This document shows, one piece after another, positions 40,443 through 51,647 of a DNA stretch of 64,000 bases (position 1 is the first letter of the stretch; the number at the start of each line of letters is the position of its first letter). Origin of the DNA: Candidatus Eiseniibacteriota bacterium (GTDB taxonomy: Bacteria > Eisenbacteria > RBG-16-71-46 > CAIMUX01 > VGJL01); the NCBI GenBank assembly GCA_963792585.1, contig CAWBWI010000004.1, forward strand, positions 224,001 through 288,000. Reading direction: 5' to 3'. The notes beneath the pieces are model-generated. The model saw only the letters and a list, made by a program, of their open reading frames with translations. It did not search any database and was not told the origin of the DNA. The position numbers and the translations under genes were made by a program.

Positions 40443-42320
40443 TCACTTCAGCATGAGCATCTTCCGCTGCGTCTTGGAGCCGGCCGTCTGCAGTGTATAG
40501 AAGTACACGCCGGCGCCGACGGCCCTTCCAGCGTCGTCACGGCCGTCCCACAGCGCCGAGTGCTCACCTGCCGACTGGTTCCCGGAGACCAGAGAGCGGA
40601 CAAGCCGGCCGACTGGGTCGTAGATCGTGAGAGTTACCGCGTGGTCCCTTCCTAGCCGGAAGCCGATGGAGGTCGCGCGGCTGAACGGATTGGGTCGGTT
40701 CTCGTAGAGGACTGCTGTTCTCGTCGCCGCTGGCGAGGAAACAGAGGAAGATTGCAGACAGCGCAGAACTGACTGATACGCGTCGATGAAGCCCCAGCCA
40801 TAGTCGTTGTCTTCTCCGGCCGCACCCTCATCCCGCGCGGTGTCCAGGATGATCTGCTTGATCGTTTCGACGTCGATGTCGGGATTGGCCGAACGCATGA
40901 GACCGACGACGCCGGCGACGTGAGGGCCTGACGCCGAGGTTCCGCCACCATAGGCGTAGCCGCCGCCCGGCGAGGATGAGTACACCCGAACGCCGGGAGC
41001 ACAGATCTCCGGCTTGATCCGGTTCTCGGGAGGCACGCCGGTGCAGCCGCTCGGACCGCGGCTGGAGAAACCGGCGATCGGGTAGGGCCAGCCATAGTCG
41101 GTGGCGTTGACGGCCCCGACCGATAGGCAGTTGAGGGGAGTCGTGGCGCGGTCGGCAGGAGAGCCGATGGTTTGAGCGCCCGGGCCCTCGTTGCCGGCGG
41201 ACCAGGTCGTGACCACGCTTGCTGCTTCGCAGTTGTCGATGACCGCCCACCAGCGAATATCGCAGTCGGTGTAGTCCCAACCGCTTTCATTGATGCGCCA
41301 CGAGTTCTGGACGACGTCGGGCACGTCGTCGACCGTGTTCGGGTTGCCGTCTGGGTCCGCAAACCACTGGTAGCAGTTGATGATGTCGTTGTCGAACTCC
41401 GGTCCGGCACTCTGGTTGCATGGGTTGGCCGCGATCCACTGTGCGCCCCAGGCGACACCGATCGTATCCTGGGTGGTGCCGGCTACGCCGGTCTCTATTC
41501 CCATGACTGCGGTGCCGTGCCCCGAGCCGTCGTTTGGGTACTGAGTATTACTGCCAAGAACGTCATGCCAGCACTCCTGCCACGGATGCCCGCTGTTGCC
41601 GCGCCAGCGGCTGCTCAGGGCCGGATGGTTGCCGTCGACGCCGGTGTCGCAGTTGGCGACGATCGCTCCGGATCCGTTGATCCCAAGCTGGTACCACACC
41701 TCGGGGGCGCGGATGGCGCGTAGCCCCTCCGTGACCCCGATGCCTCTGGGGTCTTCTCCCTGCTCAGGAGCGGGCGTGTTGTCTACAGGTTCCATGGGCG
41801 CGGCCTTGAAGTTCGGCTCCAGGACGTCCACATCCATTCTGGTGGAAAGTTGCTCCAAGGCACTCCGTGTCCCCCGGACCACGATCAGATTGGCGATCCA
41901 GTAGGGTGTGTATCCCGCGATCTGTCCCGTGGCCTTGAGGGTGGCGATCTCGGCCAGGATGGGGCCCTGGGTCTCCCTCGCAGTCCGCTGCAGTTCCTCG
42001 ACTACACGGCGATGTCGTTCGACGCGGCTCGCATTGCCGGCCCTCAGGGCCTCATTCAGGACGTCGATTCTGGCTTGCTGCTCCAGGATCAGGATCGCCG
42101 AAGCCTGCTGATGTGGGGCCAATCGCGAAAGCTCTCCCCGCAAGGCGGGATGGATCGTGCCGGCTCCGGCCGGGATCGCGGGAAGGACCAGACCCGCGAG
42201 GAAGACCAGTACGAGAACCAATTGAGGGGTGCATCGGCCGCGTGCCAAGAGCCGGTTCCGGCTGCGAAGCGAGCGAGGAGATTGAGCTTGCACTTGGGCG
42301 GGCTGGAGCTGGTCAACCAC
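40443..42320 (-). CDS. Secreted S8 subtilase (bacillopeptidase F-like) with FlgD-Ig CTD
   Basis: Propeptide. Triad motifs CDTGVD, HGTAVMG, GTSASGPHVAG, plus SAGNEG. C-terminal WDGRDDAGRAVGAGVYFY. Confidence 0.93.
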   Translation of the reverse strand: MVDQLQPAQVQAQSPRSLRSRNRLLARGRCTPQLVLVLVFLAGLVLPAIPAGAGTIHPALRGELSRLAPHQQASAILILEQQARIDVLNEALRAGNASRVERHRRVVEELQRTARETQGPILAEIATLKATGQIAGYTPYWIANLIVVRGTRSALEQLSTRMDVDVLEPNFKAAPMEPVDNTPAPEQGEDPRGIGVTEGLRAIRAPEVWYQLGINGSGAIVANCDTGVDGNHPALSSRWRGNSGHPWQECWHDVLGSNTQYPNDGSGHGTAVMGIETGVAGTTQDTIGVAWGAQWIAANPCNQSAGPEFDNDIINCYQWFADPDGNPNTVDDVPDVVQNSWRINESGWDYTDCDIRWWAVIDNCEAASVVTTWSAGNEGPGAQTIGSPADRATTPLNCLSVGAVNATDYGWPYPIAGFSSRGPSGCTGVPPENRIKPEICAPGVRVYSSSPGGGYAYGGGTSASGPHVAGVVGLMRSANPDIDVETIKQIILDTARDEGAAGEDNDYGWGFIDAYQSVLRCLQSSSVSSPAATRTAVLYENRPNPFSRATSIGFRLGRDHAVTLTIYDPVGRLVRSLVSGNQSAGEHSALWDGRDDAGRAVGAGVYFYTLQTAGSKTQRKMLMLK

Positions 42321-42403
42321 CGGATCCTCCTCACAAGAAGGAGTGGGTTGTCGCTGTCCGCGCAGGGCCGGACGGGGACCGAATCAACGGAAGACCATTG
42401 ATA

Positions 42404-42412
42404 ATTATAGCA
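42404..42412 (-). promoter_or_regulatory. Extended -10 promoter element for the S8 peptidase
   Basis: TGCTATAAT on the minus strand, ~85 bp upstream of the GTG start. Confidence 0.55.
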
Positions 42413-42656
42413 TAGTCTTGAGGTTGGACGAATGTGGGATGGGGGCCGACTCACCTTCAGGTTGCCGCGACGCCAGTTCCCTCAGATCGAACAGACCCCG
42501 CGTTCTATCGGGCTATAGGCGCTCAGATCACTTGCAGATTCGACCTCATCCGCGCCCAGCGATTCCGCATTCGTGACCGGCTGGGGTGGTCCGTTGCTCC
42601 GTCCCCCGCAATCCCCGCGCTGCGGCCCCCACGCCCGGCATGCCCCGCTCTCCTCA

Positions 42657-42732
42657 GCGTCCACCGCGAGCACGCAGTTACGTGAACCGTCCGCTCTGGG
42701 GTCCGGAGCGGACACCCGCGTCCACCACTCGG
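42657..42732. repeat. Intergenic repeat A, copy 3 (divergent)
   Basis: GCGTCCACCGCGAGCACGCAGTTACGTGAACCGTCC...GCGTCCACCACTCGG. Confidence 0.7.
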
Positions 42733-42849
42733 CGGTTAGAGAACGGAGAGGCGAGAGTTTCGGCTCATCTGCGGACCTTGCGTCCACCACTTCCCCGGAC
42801 GGCGTTCGACCAGAGAGTCACGCCGCCCGACCCACCTCTGCAAGACCTT

Positions 42850-42980
42850 CGCATTCCTGCGGATACAACGCGCCTTTTCGCGGGTCAGGGCCATCGCTTC
42901 GTCTACCACTCTCGGTCACGCGAGTTCGTTGCCCGCAGCTCCGGCTCCCCGCTCAGGACTGTTTACTAACGGTTCTCTAT
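42850..42980. repeat. Intergenic repeat C, divergent copy
   Basis: CTGCGGATA...ACCACTCTCG...GGCTCCCCG...AGGAC...TTAC.AACGGTTCTCT shared with 56765-56888. Confidence 0.6.
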
Positions 42981-43119
42981 TCCAAACTCGGCACGCCCCC
43001 GTGACAACTCCGACGGAACACGGTGATGCTGCTCGGCATGAAGCCAAGGAGCGATCCTCTCTCATGGCAGAAAGAAGATCGCCCCCTGACTCAGAGGCTC
43101 GACTCAGGTTCGTCCCAGG

Positions 43120-46100
43120 TCATTTGGTCAGAACCAGTCGTCCCGTCGTGGTCCCCCGTGCGGTCACAACCCGGGCAAAGTAGACCCCTGTCGGTACCTC
43201 TCGCCCGTTGTCATCTCGCCCGTTCCATTGGGTCGAGAAGGAACCGGCCGGCCGCTCACCGTCCGCTAGCTGCCGCACGAGTGCTCCGGCCGCATTGAAT
43301 ATCTCCAGGGAGATAGCCGTCGCTGCAGGCAGGCGGTACAGGATCGAGACTGCTCCGGAGCTTGGACTCGGAGCCACAGAGAGAGTCAGCGACTCCACGT
43401 TCTGAGAGGTCCCATCAACAGTGGAATTCGGGCATAGGTTGGATTGGCAATCGGTTCCGTCTCCCAGGTAGATGCCTGGAGGTTCGCACCATTCCTGGGT
43501 TGTGAAGGTGCATGCACCGTCCTCGTGGCAGCAAGCACCGCCGGCCAAACGAATCAAGCCCAGGATGCCGCCACCTCCCGCGATGGCGAAGAAGTCGGAA
43601 TTGGGTTCCGGTATGTTACAATGGCCGCTGTCGTTGTACCCCCAAGCTACGATGGATCCATCGGCCCTGAGCCCCAGACTGTGCATCGCGCCTGCCGCGA
43701 CATCGACGAAGTCGGTGTATCCCGGAACATTGCACTGGCCTTGGTGGTTGCCCCCCCAGGCGACGATCTTCCCGTCGCTCTTGAGCCCCAGGTTGTGTTC
43801 GCCGCCTGCCGCAACGGCGACGAAACCGGTGTTGGGTGCTGGAACATCACACTGGCCGCTGGTGTTGAGCCCCCACGCCACGACGGAGCCGTTACCCTTG
43901 AGGCCCAGGCTGTGCCAGTAGCCTGCCGCAACGGCGACGAAACCGGTGTTGGGTGCAGGAACATTGCACTGGCCGCGGTCGTTTCGCTCCCACGCGACGA
44001 TCGACCCGTCAGTCTTGATGCCAAGGCTATGCCAGCGCCCAGCTGTGACGGCAATGAAACCCGTGTTTGGTTCCGGTACATTGCACTGGCCGTAGTAGTT
44101 CCACCCCCAGGCCACGATGGCCCCGTCGGCCTTGAGCCCCAGGCTGTTGTCGTCGCCTGCCGCGATGGCTACGAAGTCGGTGTTGGGGTCCGGTACGCTG
44201 CATTGGCCGAACTGGTCGTCTCCCCAGGCCGCGATGGAGCCGTCGGCCTTGAGTCCAAGGTTGTGCACGTATCCACCCGCGACGGCGACGAAGCCCGTGT
44301 TGGGTGCAGGTGCATTGCACTGGCCGTAGCCGTTGTCCCCCCACATCACGATGGAGCCGTAGGCCTTGAGTCCTAGGCTGTGGTTGGGTCCGGCCGCGAC
44401 AGCGACGAAGCCAGTGTTGGGTGCCGGTAAGGTGCACTGGCCGGAGCCGTTGTCCCCCCACGCCACGATGGAGCCATCGGCCTTGAGACCCAGGCTGTGC
44501 GCCTGCGCTGGCTCAATGCGTCCTCCTGCAGCTACGGCGACGAAGCCGGTGTTGGGTACCGGTACGTCACACTGGCCGTCCTCGTTGCTCCCCCATGCCA
44601 CGATGGAGCCGTCGGCTTTGAGCCCTAGGCTGTGCAAGTAGCCTGCCGCAACGGCGACGAAACCGGTGTTGGGTGCAGGAACATTGCACTGACCGCCCTC
44701 GTTCCACCCCCATGCCACGATGGAGCCGTCGGCCTTGAGGCCAAGGTTGTGATAGACGCCCGCCGCGATCGCCACGAAATCGGCATTGGGCAAGGGAACC
44801 TGATCGGTGGGCCCCCACGCCAGGATCGTCCCGTCGGCCTTGAGGCCTAGGCTGTGATTGCCGCCCGCCGCAACGGCGACGAAGTCGGCATTGGGTACAG
44901 GAACATTGCATTCATCATTGTAGTTGACTCCCCATGCCACAATCGAGCTGTCGGCCTTAAGGCCAAGGCTGTGGCCGGCGCCTGCCGCGACAGCGACGAA
45001 GTCTGCGTTGGGTGCCGGAACATTACACTGGCCGACAAGGTTGCGCCCCCACGCCAGGATCGAGCCGTCCGCCTTGAGGCCAAGGCTGTGCACCGCACCC
45101 GCGGCGATGGCGACGAGATCCTCAAGCGCGGTGGGTTCTACAACAACCATGTTGCCCCATCCCACGATGGTGCCACCGGGCGGCTGAGGACATGGATTCG
45201 GAAGGCAGGCCGTTCCCACACCCATCCAGACGTTCTGAGGAGCGCACAGGTACTCGGCCACGATCATGCACTGTCCGGTTGCTGGACTACAGCATGCACC
45301 CGGTGAGCAGGTTTCCGGTCCGCAAGTGCTGGGGTACCCTTGTGGATTCCCACCTTCGGAGCGGCAAGTGCTCTCGGTGACGAACTCACAGTGCCCGTCC
45401 GGGAAGCAGCATGCCATCGAGGGTTGGGAACACGGGTTGGGGTCGCAGCTCGCGCCCATGCCCGACGATCCCCCTCCTTCATCACAGGCAGCCAGAGACA
45501 ATTGCTCGCAGTGCCCATCGGGGAAGCAGCAGGCCATCGGAACGGATGGACAGGGATTCGGGTCGCATGAGCTCCCGGGCCCCTGAAAGGACCCACCGAG
45601 CTGGTTACAGTCAGCGTGCATCAAGACCTCGCAGTGCAAGTCCGCGAAGCAGCACGCACCGGGAACCGGAGGGGTTCTGTAGAATCTTTGACTCACGTCC
45701 AGGGCTACTCCGAACACCTCCCCACTAGTAGTCCAGTCCGGGTACGAGAAGTATGCGGAACGAAACGTAGCCTGGTGGCCAGTTACCTGTCCCGCTGCTA
45801 CGCGCCCCCATTGCGGTGGGAATACATGGTCGCACGCTTGAACTGAGAACCAGTATGTTCCCTCTCCGATGTTGGCCGCCACGGCCGCATGGTACTCGTA
45901 GACTGGTCCATAGAGGCCCTGACCTACATCAATCACCTCCGTCGGGGTGGATTCGAGATACTCATCCACGATGGAACCCGGAACGCCTCCAGCGTCAGCG
46001 TAGAACCGCAAGTTGAATGCAGTGACGTTGGGTTCGCCAGCTCCGTTGTAGTACTCCCCCCACCAGACAGCTTCATAGATGACCGTCGACGACGAGGAGT

Positions 46101-46356
46101 AGAAGTCGTTTGCGATTTCGGTCTCGAGCCCATACATGGCAATGATCTCTGATGTCAGCGGTTCTCCGTTGAGATCCGGAGGCTCGTCCCACCATCCGTC
46201 CCTGTCCCCGAGCAACACCGCCGGGGGGCCGCTCGCGCGATGAGGGGTCCCAAGCGTCGGCGAGCCAGCAATTCCAATTCCTTGGCAGAGCAGCAGGAAC
46301 ATCAAACAGAGACTCAAACAAAGGTATCCGATCCGCAACGACCCTTGGTCTTTCAT
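43120..46356 (-). CDS. Secreted modular protein: shared N-terminal domain, Cys-rich modules, 14 RCC1/BLIP-II repeats, FlgD-Ig CTD
   Basis: Signal peptide. 39-aa repeats VAAGxxHSLGLKADGSIVAWGxNxxGQC. CC...CxPNPC modules. Confidence 0.9.
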   Translation of the reverse strand: MKDQGSLRIGYLCLSLCLMFLLLCQGIGIAGSPTLGTPHRASGPPAVLLGDRDGWWDEPPDLNGEPLTSEIIAMYGLETEIANDFYSSSSTVIYEAVWWGEYYNGAGEPNVTAFNLRFYADAGGVPGSIVDEYLESTPTEVIDVGQGLYGPVYEYHAAVAANIGEGTYWFSVQACDHVFPPQWGRVAAGQVTGHQATFRSAYFSYPDWTTSGEVFGVALDVSQRFYRTPPVPGACCFADLHCEVLMHADCNQLGGSFQGPGSSCDPNPCPSVPMACCFPDGHCEQLSLAACDEGGGSSGMGASCDPNPCSQPSMACCFPDGHCEFVTESTCRSEGGNPQGYPSTCGPETCSPGACCSPATGQCMIVAEYLCAPQNVWMGVGTACLPNPCPQPPGGTIVGWGNMVVVEPTALEDLVAIAAGAVHSLGLKADGSILAWGRNLVGQCNVPAPNADFVAVAAGAGHSLGLKADSSIVAWGVNYNDECNVPVPNADFVAVAAGGNHSLGLKADGTILAWGPTDQVPLPNADFVAIAAGVYHNLGLKADGSIVAWGWNEGGQCNVPAPNTGFVAVAAGYLHSLGLKADGSIVAWGSNEDGQCDVPVPNTGFVAVAAGGRIEPAQAHSLGLKADGSIVAWGDNGSGQCTLPAPNTGFVAVAAGPNHSLGLKAYGSIVMWGDNGYGQCNAPAPNTGFVAVAGGYVHNLGLKADGSIAAWGDDQFGQCSVPDPNTDFVAIAAGDDNSLGLKADGAIVAWGWNYYGQCNVPEPNTGFIAVTAGRWHSLGIKTDGSIVAWERNDRGQCNVPAPNTGFVAVAAGYWHSLGLKGNGSVVAWGLNTSGQCDVPAPNTGFVAVAAGGEHNLGLKSDGKIVAWGGNHQGQCNVPGYTDFVDVAAGAMHSLGLRADGSIVAWGYNDSGHCNIPEPNSDFFAIAGGGGILGLIRLAGGACCHEDGACTFTTQEWCEPPGIYLGDGTDCQSNLCPNSTVDGTSQNVESLTLSVAPSPSSGAVSILYRLPAATAISLEIFNAAGALVRQLADGERPAGSFSTQWNGRDDNGREVPTGVYFARVVTARGTTTGRLVLTK

Positions 46357-46450
46357 CTGGCGGCCCCTTTCCCTTTGTACCAGCTCGGTTCCCGCTCAGT
46401 TGCAGAGCGTCAAACGCTCATCCAATGCTTTGACCTGGCCTCGTTCCTGT

Positions 46451-49400
46451 TCAACGCAGCACGATCAGACGGCTCGATTGCACCTCTCCCCCCATGCGAA
46501 GCCGGCAAACATAAACGCCTGAGGGGAGGATTCGTCCGGCGTCGTCGTTGCGCTTCCAGATCATCTGATGAACTCCGGCCGAATACGGCATTCGCGAAGC
46601 GAGTCGCCGGACGCAGCGGCCACTAACGTCATAGATGGCCAGATCGATCACTGCTTCCTTCGCGAGGCCAAACGCGATCGCCGTCTCGTTGGCGAAGGGG
46701 TTGGGTCTCCCGGGCATCAGTCCCATCGTCACCTGGGCCATGGGATCCTCAGTCCCCGTGGCGGGACAACCGAGACCGAGCGCTCCGATCAAGAGATCGC
46801 ATGGGCTATTCCAGGGCAAACACGGGGAACCGGACAAGAGGGTGTAATCCCCTCCGGGAGGGGGCGCGTCACATGGTTCTGGAGCACAGAACCTGGGATC
46901 CGAGAACACCTGCGGGCCGAGGTAGGTGATGCTGCCGCTCGCTCCCAATCGATCAAGCGCGCAGCAGGTCATCGTTAGGTTCGAACCAATCACTTCGTGG
47001 CCCAGTGGGTTGCTTGGGTTCGTGTTCCCCCAAAGGATGGTCCGGCTCACCTGCGTGTCGGTTCCGTCCAGCCCCCCCGTCCCATTCTCGTTGTCCGAGC
47101 AGTTGCTGCTGATGGTGCAGCTGATAATGCTCGAACTCGCGACCTCAATCCCCCTGCCAATGTTGCCCGTGATGACACAGTCGTTGACTTGGAGATTGCT
47201 TCCCCGGATCCCACCCGGGCTGCCGCGGTTACCGCTGACCGCGCAACCTGCGATCGTCAGGCTGTCCCCCACGACTCCACCGACGTCACCGTGATTGTCG
47301 GCGATCACGCAATCCCGAATCGTCGTATTGGAGCCGGCGTGCACTCCTCCCGCACCCATACCCCCGCTGTTGCCTCGAATGTCGCAACCCGCGATGACTC
47401 CCGCCGCGCAGTAGATCCCACCACCGTAAAGCGCATGGTTGGAGTCGATGGTGCATCCGGAGATATCTCCGTTATAGCAGGCGATGCCACCCCCGATTGC
47501 ACTTGCATTTGAGTACACGTAGTTGCCGGTGACAATGCAGTTCCGCATCGTCAGAATCGACGATTCGTCGCTATAGATCCCCGCCCCGCCAAATCCTGCT
47601 GGATATCTGCTGCTTCCCACGGTGCAGTCCGAGATCGTGCAGTCGGTCAGGAGAGGAGAAGCCGAAGCGCTGCAGTGGACGCCTGCACCCCGACCCCAGT
47701 GGTCGATTTGGAAGTTGATGATCTTGCAGCCCTTGATCCACGGCGAGGATGACAAGATGTGGATTCCGCCACCCCCGAACTCCGAGTATCCGCCGGATAG
47801 CGTTACCGCTTCGAGCACGGCCCGATTGTCTTCCCCGGAATCGAAGGTGAATCCGCCTGCTCCGCCGCATCCGATGACGCACTGGTCGGGGTCCCTGCTC
47901 TGCGAGCGAATCGTCACCAGCCGCCCGTGATAGTCAATCTGGCGATTGCCCGGCCCCGTGAAGGGCGTGCCGATCAGTTCGATCACGTCCCCGTTCGCGA
48001 GGTCCGTGTAGTCGATCGCCGCCTGAATCGTCGGGAAATACGGGGGCGATTCTCCACTCCCGTCGGAGCGGACATAGTAGACCGAGCCGCCGGGTGGCTG
48101 GGCGCACGGGTTCGGAGCGCAGGGCGTACCCACCCCCATCCAGACCTTGGGCAGTATGCACTGCTCCTCAGTCAGCATCGTGCAGCGTCCCGTTGTCGGG
48201 TTGCAGCACGCGCCATGGGGGCCAGTCAGCCCCAGGCCGTGCCAAGCCTCTGCCGCAATGGCCACGAAGCCGTTGTTGGGTTCCGGAACATTGCACTGGC
48301 CGTTGGCGTTGTCCCCCCACGCTACGATGGAGCCATCCGCCTTGAGGCCCAAACTGTGGTTACTCCCTGCCGCGACAGCGACGAAGCCGGTGTTTGGCGC
48401 CGGTACGTCGCGCTGGCCATCGGAGTTGCTCCCCCATGCAACGATGGTGCCGTTGGCCAGAAGTCCCAGACCGTGACTGGTCCCTGCCGCGACAGCGACG
48501 AAGCCGATGTTGGGTGCAGGAACATCGCACTGGCCTCCGGAGTTGCTCCCCCATGCCACGATGGAGCCATTCGCCTTGAGGCCCAGGCTGTGGTGGTGCC
48601 CTGCAGCAACTGCGACGAAATCGGCGTTCGGCGCGGGGACGTCGCACTGGCCGGAGGAGCTGCTCCCCCATGCCACAATGGAGCCGTCTGTCTTGAGCCC
48701 TAGGCTGTGGCTTGCGCCTCCCGCGACAGCGACATAGCCGATGTTGGGTGCAGGGACATCGCACTGACCGTAGCTGTTATACCCCCATGCAACGATCGAG
48801 CCGTCCGTCTTGAGCCCGAGGCTGTGAGTGGTCCCTGCCGCGACGGCGACAAAACCGGTGTTGGGCGCCGGCACATCGCACTGGCCGTATTGGTTATTGC
48901 CCCCCCACGCCACGATTGAGCCGTTAGCTTTCAAACCAAGACTGTGGTTATCTCCTCCGGCGACCGCGACAAACCCGAGGTTGGGTTCCGGCACGTCGCT
49001 GCCGAACTCCCACAACACGATCGACCCGCTGGGCGGCTGAGGGCATGGATTCGGAAAGCAGACTGTTCCCTCACCCATCCAGACGCCGGGGGCCGTGCAC
49101 TGCTCCTCGGCCATCACCATGCAGTTTCCCGTTACTGGACTGCAGCATGCGCCAAACTGTGGGCAGAGTGATTCGTCACAGGTGGTCGGATACCCGAGTG
49201 GAATCCCGCCTTCGAATATGCAGGTCTGTTCCGTGGTGAACTCACAGTGTCCGTCCAAAAGCAGCATGCCATCGAGGGTTGCGGACAGGTGTTCGGGTCG
49301 CAGTTGATACTGACGCCCGACGATCCCCCTCCTTCATCACAGGCAGCCTGAGACAATGGTTCGCAGTGCCCATCGGGGAAGCAGCATGCCATTGGAACGA

Positions 49401-50214
49401 ACGGGCAAGGGTTCGGGTCACAGGTGGTCTCGGGCCCCTGCCACACCCCGCCGAGTTGATCGCAGTTCAGCTCCACCAGAGATTCGCAATGCAGATCGAA
49501 ATAGCAACACGCTCCGACAACCGGCGGAGTTGTATAGAACCTCTGACTCGCGTCGAGGGGGATACCCCAGATTTGCTCAGTAGGAGTCCAGTCTGGGTAC
49601 CCAGCCCATTCAGAACGCAACATGGATTGGTAGCCGGTCACCTGGCCCGCTGAGAGGCGACCCCATTGCGGTGGGTACACATGGTCGCATGCTTGAACTG
49701 AGAACCAGTATGACCCTACTCCGATATCGACCGTCACGGATGCATGGTACTCGTAGATTGGTCCGTCGGGGCCCTGACCTTGAGGAATCGTCTCTGTAGG
49801 GGTAGTTCCGGGATACTCGGCAATGAGGGAACCCGGAACGCCACCCGCGTCATCGTAGAACCGCAGGTTGAATGCAGAGACGTTTGGCCCGGTTCCATCG
49901 TCGTTGAAGTACTCTCCCCACCACACGGCCTCATAGATGATCGTCGGCGCTGAGGAGTAGAAATCGTTTGCAGTTTCAGTCTCGAACCCAAGGATAGAAA
50001 TGATCTCTGAACTCATCACACTTCCGTACAAATCCGGTGGCTCGTCCCACCATCCCTCCCTATCCCCGGGCAACGCCACCGGCGGCCCGCTTGCGCGATG
50101 CGTGGGGCCAAGCGTCGGCGTACCCGCAAGCCCAATTGCCGGACAGAGCATCACGAAGATCAAGCAAAGACCCACGCAAAGGCATCCGATCCGCAACGAC
50201 CCTTGGTATTTCAT
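46451..50214 (-). CDS. Secreted modular protein: shared N-terminal domain, Cys modules, 7 RCC1 repeats, right-handed beta-helix, FlgD-Ig CTD, frameshift at ~49258
   Basis: ORFs 49132-50274 and 46451-49267 join if one T is added to a T-run (CCF-LDGHC). TIQAAID and GGGI motifs. Confidence 0.85.
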
Positions 50215-50680
50215 CTGGCGGCCCCTTTCCCTTTGTCCCAGTCGGCTCCGAGCAGCAGGACGCCAAGCGTTCACGTGGATTGGTGACCTCGGATGAACGG
50301 ACGATCACCCGCTCCACCGCTCGTACTCATCGGAAATCAATGGGATCAAGCTCGCGGCTCTCACAGTAAGTGCCCTTCCGGTCGCATCCGCGTAGTTGAA
50401 GGCGGGATAAGTGTACTCCCGTCGAGGGCGAAGGGCGCGGATGTAGTGGAGGAAGCCGTTTCTCTTCCTGGCCGCCGCCCGACAAGGCTACCCCAGGGAT
50501 CTGCCGCCCCAGGCGATGATTACGGGGCTTTGGGCCGGTTGGTCGGTGCGTCGGGGTGGAATACTTCCGATCGTGGCCATGCCCGATCCGAAACCCTCTC
50601 CTCACGACTCCGTCGATCAGTCATCGTGGCGACGACTCGCAATCTCGGGGATGACGCTCCCTATCGGGCCAGGACAACCC
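50215..50680. repeat. Duplicated upstream block, copy 1 (pairs with 60219-60682)
   Basis: Colinear high similarity from the paralog start codon through to the stop codon of the upstream FlgD gene. Confidence 0.9.
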
Positions 50681-51647
50681 TTCCCGTTGTTGATCCTTCC
50701 CCCGTCACGATCCGCGCGAAGTACACCCCCGTGGGCAGGTCGCGACCGTTGTCATCGTGGCCGTCCCAGGGCGTGAAGAACGCACCCGCGGGGCGCTGGC
50801 CCTCGTCGACTCTGCGCACCAGGCCACCCGCCGCATCGAACACCTCGATAGTGACTGCCGTGGGTCTAGGCAGGGTGTACCGGATCATGACCTGGCCGGT
50901 GCTCGGATTCGGGGTTGCGGTCAGCCGTAGCTCGCTGACCTGTGTCGCATCCTCCACCCCGGACACGCACGGGTTTGGCTCGCAGAAACTACCGGGCCCC
51001 ATAAAGACCCCGTCATACCCAACGCACTGAGCCTCTGACATCCGTTCGCAGTAGGTGTGGTGGCAGCAGGCTCCTACCAGGCATGGATTCGGGTCGCAGT
51101 CGGTGCCCCAACCCTGCCAGACGCCAGGGGCCGGGCAGTTGGCTTCCGTCGCCATCATGCAGGTGCCGTCAGGCTGGCAACACGCCGCGCCTAGGTCCTC
51201 CCGGTCGAGGTCTTCCCATCTAAAGAGGCCAGTTCCCGACGTCCAAATCCATACCTGCCCATCGTCGTAGGCGAACGGGATCATGTTTCCGTCTTGGCAG
51301 TCCATGTCCACGACGCTCGCCCCTTCCCGATGTGCGTCGACAAAGAACTCAAACCCCGAATACATCCCCGCAAGGTACACTTGATCGTCCGCATAGAGGA
51401 TCAGAAGCCCTGAGTACCTTGCCTGCATCCGCTTGATGGGGACATTCCTGTTCACGTCGGTCAACTGTGTGGGGGGACCACCACCCCTCCAGACCTGGTT
51501 GTCCTCGTAAGCAGCGAATACGACCTGATTGATCCCCGCCACGTCGACGATCTTCAGTAACTCGGCTTGTGACATTGCGGGAAGCAAGAGGAGCAAGGAA
51601 ACGACAGACACCAGCATCGCGGTTCTCACAGTAGGCCTCCCCTTCAT
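50661..51647 (-). CDS. Secreted protein with small repeat domain, two Cys-rich modules and FlgD-Ig CTD
   Basis: Signal peptide (SQA/E, start possibly GTG 51629). Y.DxQV repeats. AACC/GACC...CxPNPC. WDGHDDNGRDLPTGVYFAR. Confidence 0.85.
   Translation of the reverse strand: MKGRPTVRTAMLVSVVSLLLLLPAMSQAELLKIVDVAGINQVVFAAYEDNQVWRGGGPPTQLTDVNRNVPIKRMQARYSGLLILYADDQVYLAGMYSGFEFFVDAHREGASVVDMDCQDGNMIPFAYDDGQVWIWTSGTGLFRWEDLDREDLGAACCQPDGTCMMATEANCPAPGVWQGWGTDCDPNPCLVGACCHHTYCERMSEAQCVGYDGVFMGPGSFCEPNPCVSGVEDATQVSELRLTATPNPSTGQVMIRYTLPRPTAVTIEVFDAAGGLVRRVDEGQRPAGAFFTPWDGHDDNGRDLPTGVYFARIVTGEGSTTGRVVLAR

Noticed and set aside
42657..42910. GCGTCCACCAC-like motif recurring at ~60-bp spacing as a possible CRISPR array
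   Set aside because: The motif is only ~11 bp and degenerate, the 'spacers' are shared between loci, and no cas genes are present.
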